DNA from: Camelus ferus
Taxonomy: Eukaryota
Direction of reading: 5' to 3'
DNA: 64,000 bases
NCBI RefSeq assembly: GCF_009834535.1
Contig: NC_045697.1
Coordinates: 39,000,001-39,064,000, forward strand
The translations under genes were made by a program, and so were the position numbers. The notes below the pieces were generated by a model. That model did no database searches. It saw nothing but the letters and a program-made list of their open reading frames with translations, and was not told the DNA's origin. Positions 60,991-64,000 of this stretch are shown in pieces (the stretch's first letter is position 1; the number at the start of each line of letters is the position of its first letter).

Positions 60991-62956
60991 ACAGTTCATT
61001 GATTGATTGATAAAAACAGTGCCTGGTTTTAGCTTTAGTTGGGTTGATACACTTTGTTGCATGTTTAATTTTGTTGACTGTGTCAGGAATAAGATCATGT
61101 GGAGAATATAACATGGTTCCTTATCTCCAGGTCCTCACAGTCAGACACGGAAAAGAAAGTATGTACACAAGTACCCTTCCCACGGCACTTTGGGAACACA
61201 GACTAGAAAGATTTTGCCTCTTTCCTGGAGGAAGACAAAGGCTACCGGAAGTTATCTTTTGAGTCAAGTCCCCTTTCACCTAAACTGTGATGAGTTTTGT
61301 AGGTTAAAATGTCAATCCTGGGTCTTCAGTATTTTAAAAAGTGATGGAATTCAATAACGTCTCACCTAGCCAGAAGGTAATTAATCTTAACATTAAAAAA
61401 TTCTTAAGAGTAAGTAAAACGTGAATCTGAAGGGACTTCTTACCTCAAATACCCTGTCTGTATAGCCACTGACCAAAGTAGGTCTTCAGGCCCAGGGAAA
61501 TAAAAGATATTTTCAGAAAGGGATGCTGCTGGGACCAGGCAAGAACAGAGGAAGACTGGAGAATTTGAGAGATGTGGAAAGAGCAGCAGACAGGTTGGAA
61601 ATCTGAGCCCCTGGGTTCTCTTTCCAGCTATGCCCTAACTAGTTGTACAAACCTGGACAAGCCAAATGCTTGCAGGCCTGTCTTCTTTCATCTATAAAGC
61701 AAGACCTTGGACCCCTGAGATCTTCTTCAGTTGTGACATTTTGTGGGCTGCACACCATAGTGAGGGAAATTCTAGGAAGAAGGACAACAGGGAAGGCCAG
61801 AGCAGAGAGATGGAATACAAGGGAGGGGCAGGGCAATGCAGATGATGGGCTGTGCAGGGAGAGGGGGTGTGGCTTGTATGTAAACAGGGGCAAATGGACA
61901 GACCCCTAAGGCCCAGACAGACTGTTAAATTCCACCAAGGAAAATCCAAGGAGAGATTGGTGTGTGGAACTAGGAGTGTGTTAGGAATATAATATGCAGA
62001 AGAGCAGGAAGTGAGATTTTCAACAGGAAGGCAGCGCACAGAGACCAGTGATCTACGAGTATTTATTTATCCATTCAGTGAATACTTATTGAAAAGGAGA
62101 TATTTTAGGGGCCATTCAAAGAGGCAGACCAGCACTGATCATGAGAAAAGTCTGATGGGGACTGAACTGGGATACCGATGAGGGTATGGAGGACCCCACT
62201 CTGAGAGACTCTGATACCAAGCTAGGATCCTATGAATTAACACACATATGTTGAGCAACTACCATGTTATAGACACTGGAAATAAAGATCAAATTCTCTG
62301 CCCTTCCAGAGCTTGGTTCTAGTAAGAAAGGTAAACAATAAAAGGGTAAATAAATAAAATGCACGGCATGTTTGTTAGGGATAAATGGTAGCAAGAAAAA
62401 CAAAGCAGGGAAGGACAACAGAATTGGATGCAAAGGGGAGGGGCTGAAATTCAAAAGAGTGTGGCCTCTGAGAAGGTGACCTCTGAACTGAGGAGAGGAG
62501 GAGATGAGCAGCGTGAACAGAGAGGTACAGGATAGTCTTTCAGAAAAGGAATAGAAAGCAGAACAAGGGACCTGAGCTGGGAGAGTAGCCAGGGTTCAAG
62601 GAGGCCAGTGAGGTGAAGGGAAAAGGAACAAGGGGAAAGTGGTTCAGAATGTGGTCTGGGCTCTGCGAGAAGGCAGGAGGAAGCCCAGCTCATTCTGGGG
62701 CTCCCTGGCTCGCCTCCCTCCCTTCTCTCAGCATTTAGGGAGCACCTCTGTGGCTTAAGCTGCAGACACTGTGTTCCATTTCCTGAACCAGAGCAAAAGC
62801 TCAGGGCCCAACTGGCAGCAGGGTAGACAAAGGTGCCATCAACAGAACTGGACCAGGGTCTTAAATCCCTGTCTTCAGACATTATCAGTCTTGAAGCCAG
62901 TGGGGCTCAAGGCCTACTGGTGGGTCTCCCCACAGAGGGCAAAAGAAGCTACAGAG

Positions 62957-63110
62957 GGGGAAAGGGTATAGCTCAAGTGGTAGAGCACATGCTTAGCATG
63001 CATGAGGTCCTGGGTTCAATCCCCAGTACCTTCTCTAAAAATAAATAAACCTAATTACCTCCCCACCAAAATAAAAAAAAAATTAAGTAATAAATAAATA
63101 ATATTAAAAA
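62957..63110 (+). mobile_element. Vic-1-type SINE, well preserved
   Basis: Perfect 16-bp TSD AAAAGAAGCTACAGAG at 62941-62956 and 63111-63126; intact A and B boxes. Confidence 0.93.
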
Positions 63111-64000
63111 AAAAGAAGCTACAGAGAAGATCCTGGGGTTCCCAGATATATTGAACTAAAAGATATACAACTTGTAGGCAATACCTGTGCAAGATTCAAG
63201 CTTTAACAGAATAAAATGCACTCTAGATTTCTAAGCTGCTGAGAATTTGAAGTATCACTGGTCTAACCTCTTCATTTTTCAGACAAAACTCAAGTGATTT
63301 CTCAAAGCAACAGAGGGAAGGAGAAACAGTTTTCTAGCCTACCTGGCCAGTGCGCTTTCTAGTCTATCACCACTTCTTTCTTTACCTTCACCAAAAGTTT
63401 CAGAATAAGGTTGTAGATAGCAGAAAGCACTATTTTAAATTATGTTGTAAGTTCACTGTTAACTAAATGAGAAATAGAAACTGTCCTGACTCAGAGAACA
63501 AGAATTTTAGAGTCAGAGTTCAATTGTACAGGATTGGTTATATCAGGAAGAGATCCCTGGAGGTGCAAGCAGTAACAGGTACTACTGGAAATGTAACGTA
63601 AGGAACATGGGAGAAATGCCTGAAACATAAGTCCCTGACAGACCAAAGTCATCTCACTCCAGTGACAGTTAAGAGTGAACCTGAAACCCAATAGCGTCAG
63701 GATGGAGATACTGTACCCTAATTTTTAATCAACACAAACGTTGGGTAAGATATAACATTTCAAGCAGATTATTGAACTTCAGTGTGACATTAATGTGGGT
63801 TAAGTAAAACTAAGCTCTTTTCTAGAGAGAAAAATGAAACATGATTAGGAATAAAAAGCACATAGAAGCTTAAAAAACAGTATTTAACCAAACTTGTGAA
63901 ATAAATCTCTAGAGAAAAATATTACTAAGAACATATGATAATTAAAAATTTTTAAATGATTAATTAAATTTGTTGGAAATAATCCATATTCTCAAAATAA

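Noticed and set aside
62957..63035. tRNA-Ala-like sequences (here and in the other SINE heads) as real tRNA genes
   Set aside because: They have extra 5' G-rich leaders, SINE tails and TSDs; they are retroposed SINEs.
14200..64000. A second Kazal/SPINK paralogue or REST exons
   Set aside because: I found no further Kazal Cys pattern, C2H2 zinc-finger ORF or second CpG island.

Overview
Mammalian genomic DNA, not prokaryotic. About a dozen tRNA-Ala(AGC)-derived SINEs that I recognise as Vic-1-type point to a camelid (alpaca or camel). The only protein-coding gene I can support is a complete four-exon SPINK2 (Kazal-type trypsin/acrosin inhibitor, 85 aa) on the minus strand. Its coding exons are 13806-13863, 12921-12964, 6804-6913 and 6000-6045, all with GT-AG introns in compatible phases, plus a CpG-rich, GC-box promoter and 3' poly(A) signals. 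The ~50 kb upstream of the gene is intergenic (towards REST, if human synteny holds) and consists mostly of L1, L2/MIR, ERV/MaLR solo LTRs, hAT/Tigger DNA-transposon relics, SINEs and microsatellites. I see no evidence for a new multi-gene system. The most unusual signals are retrotransposition footprints: (1) one 13-bp target site repeated four times, separating a tailless tRNA-Cys 5'-half retrocopy and two SINEs, with a third SINE nested antisense (56286-56820); (2) an L1 3' transduction that carried an MLT1 LTR fragment and used its poly(A) signal (39776-40066); (3) a SINE with 40 bp of extra non-A 3' sequence inside its TSD (43132-43347). Candidate regulatory elements include a CTCF/CRE site and a Sox-Oct motif cluster. 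Repeat family names are from recall of consensus sequences and need RepeatMasker/Dfam confirmation; repeat boundaries without TSDs are approximate.
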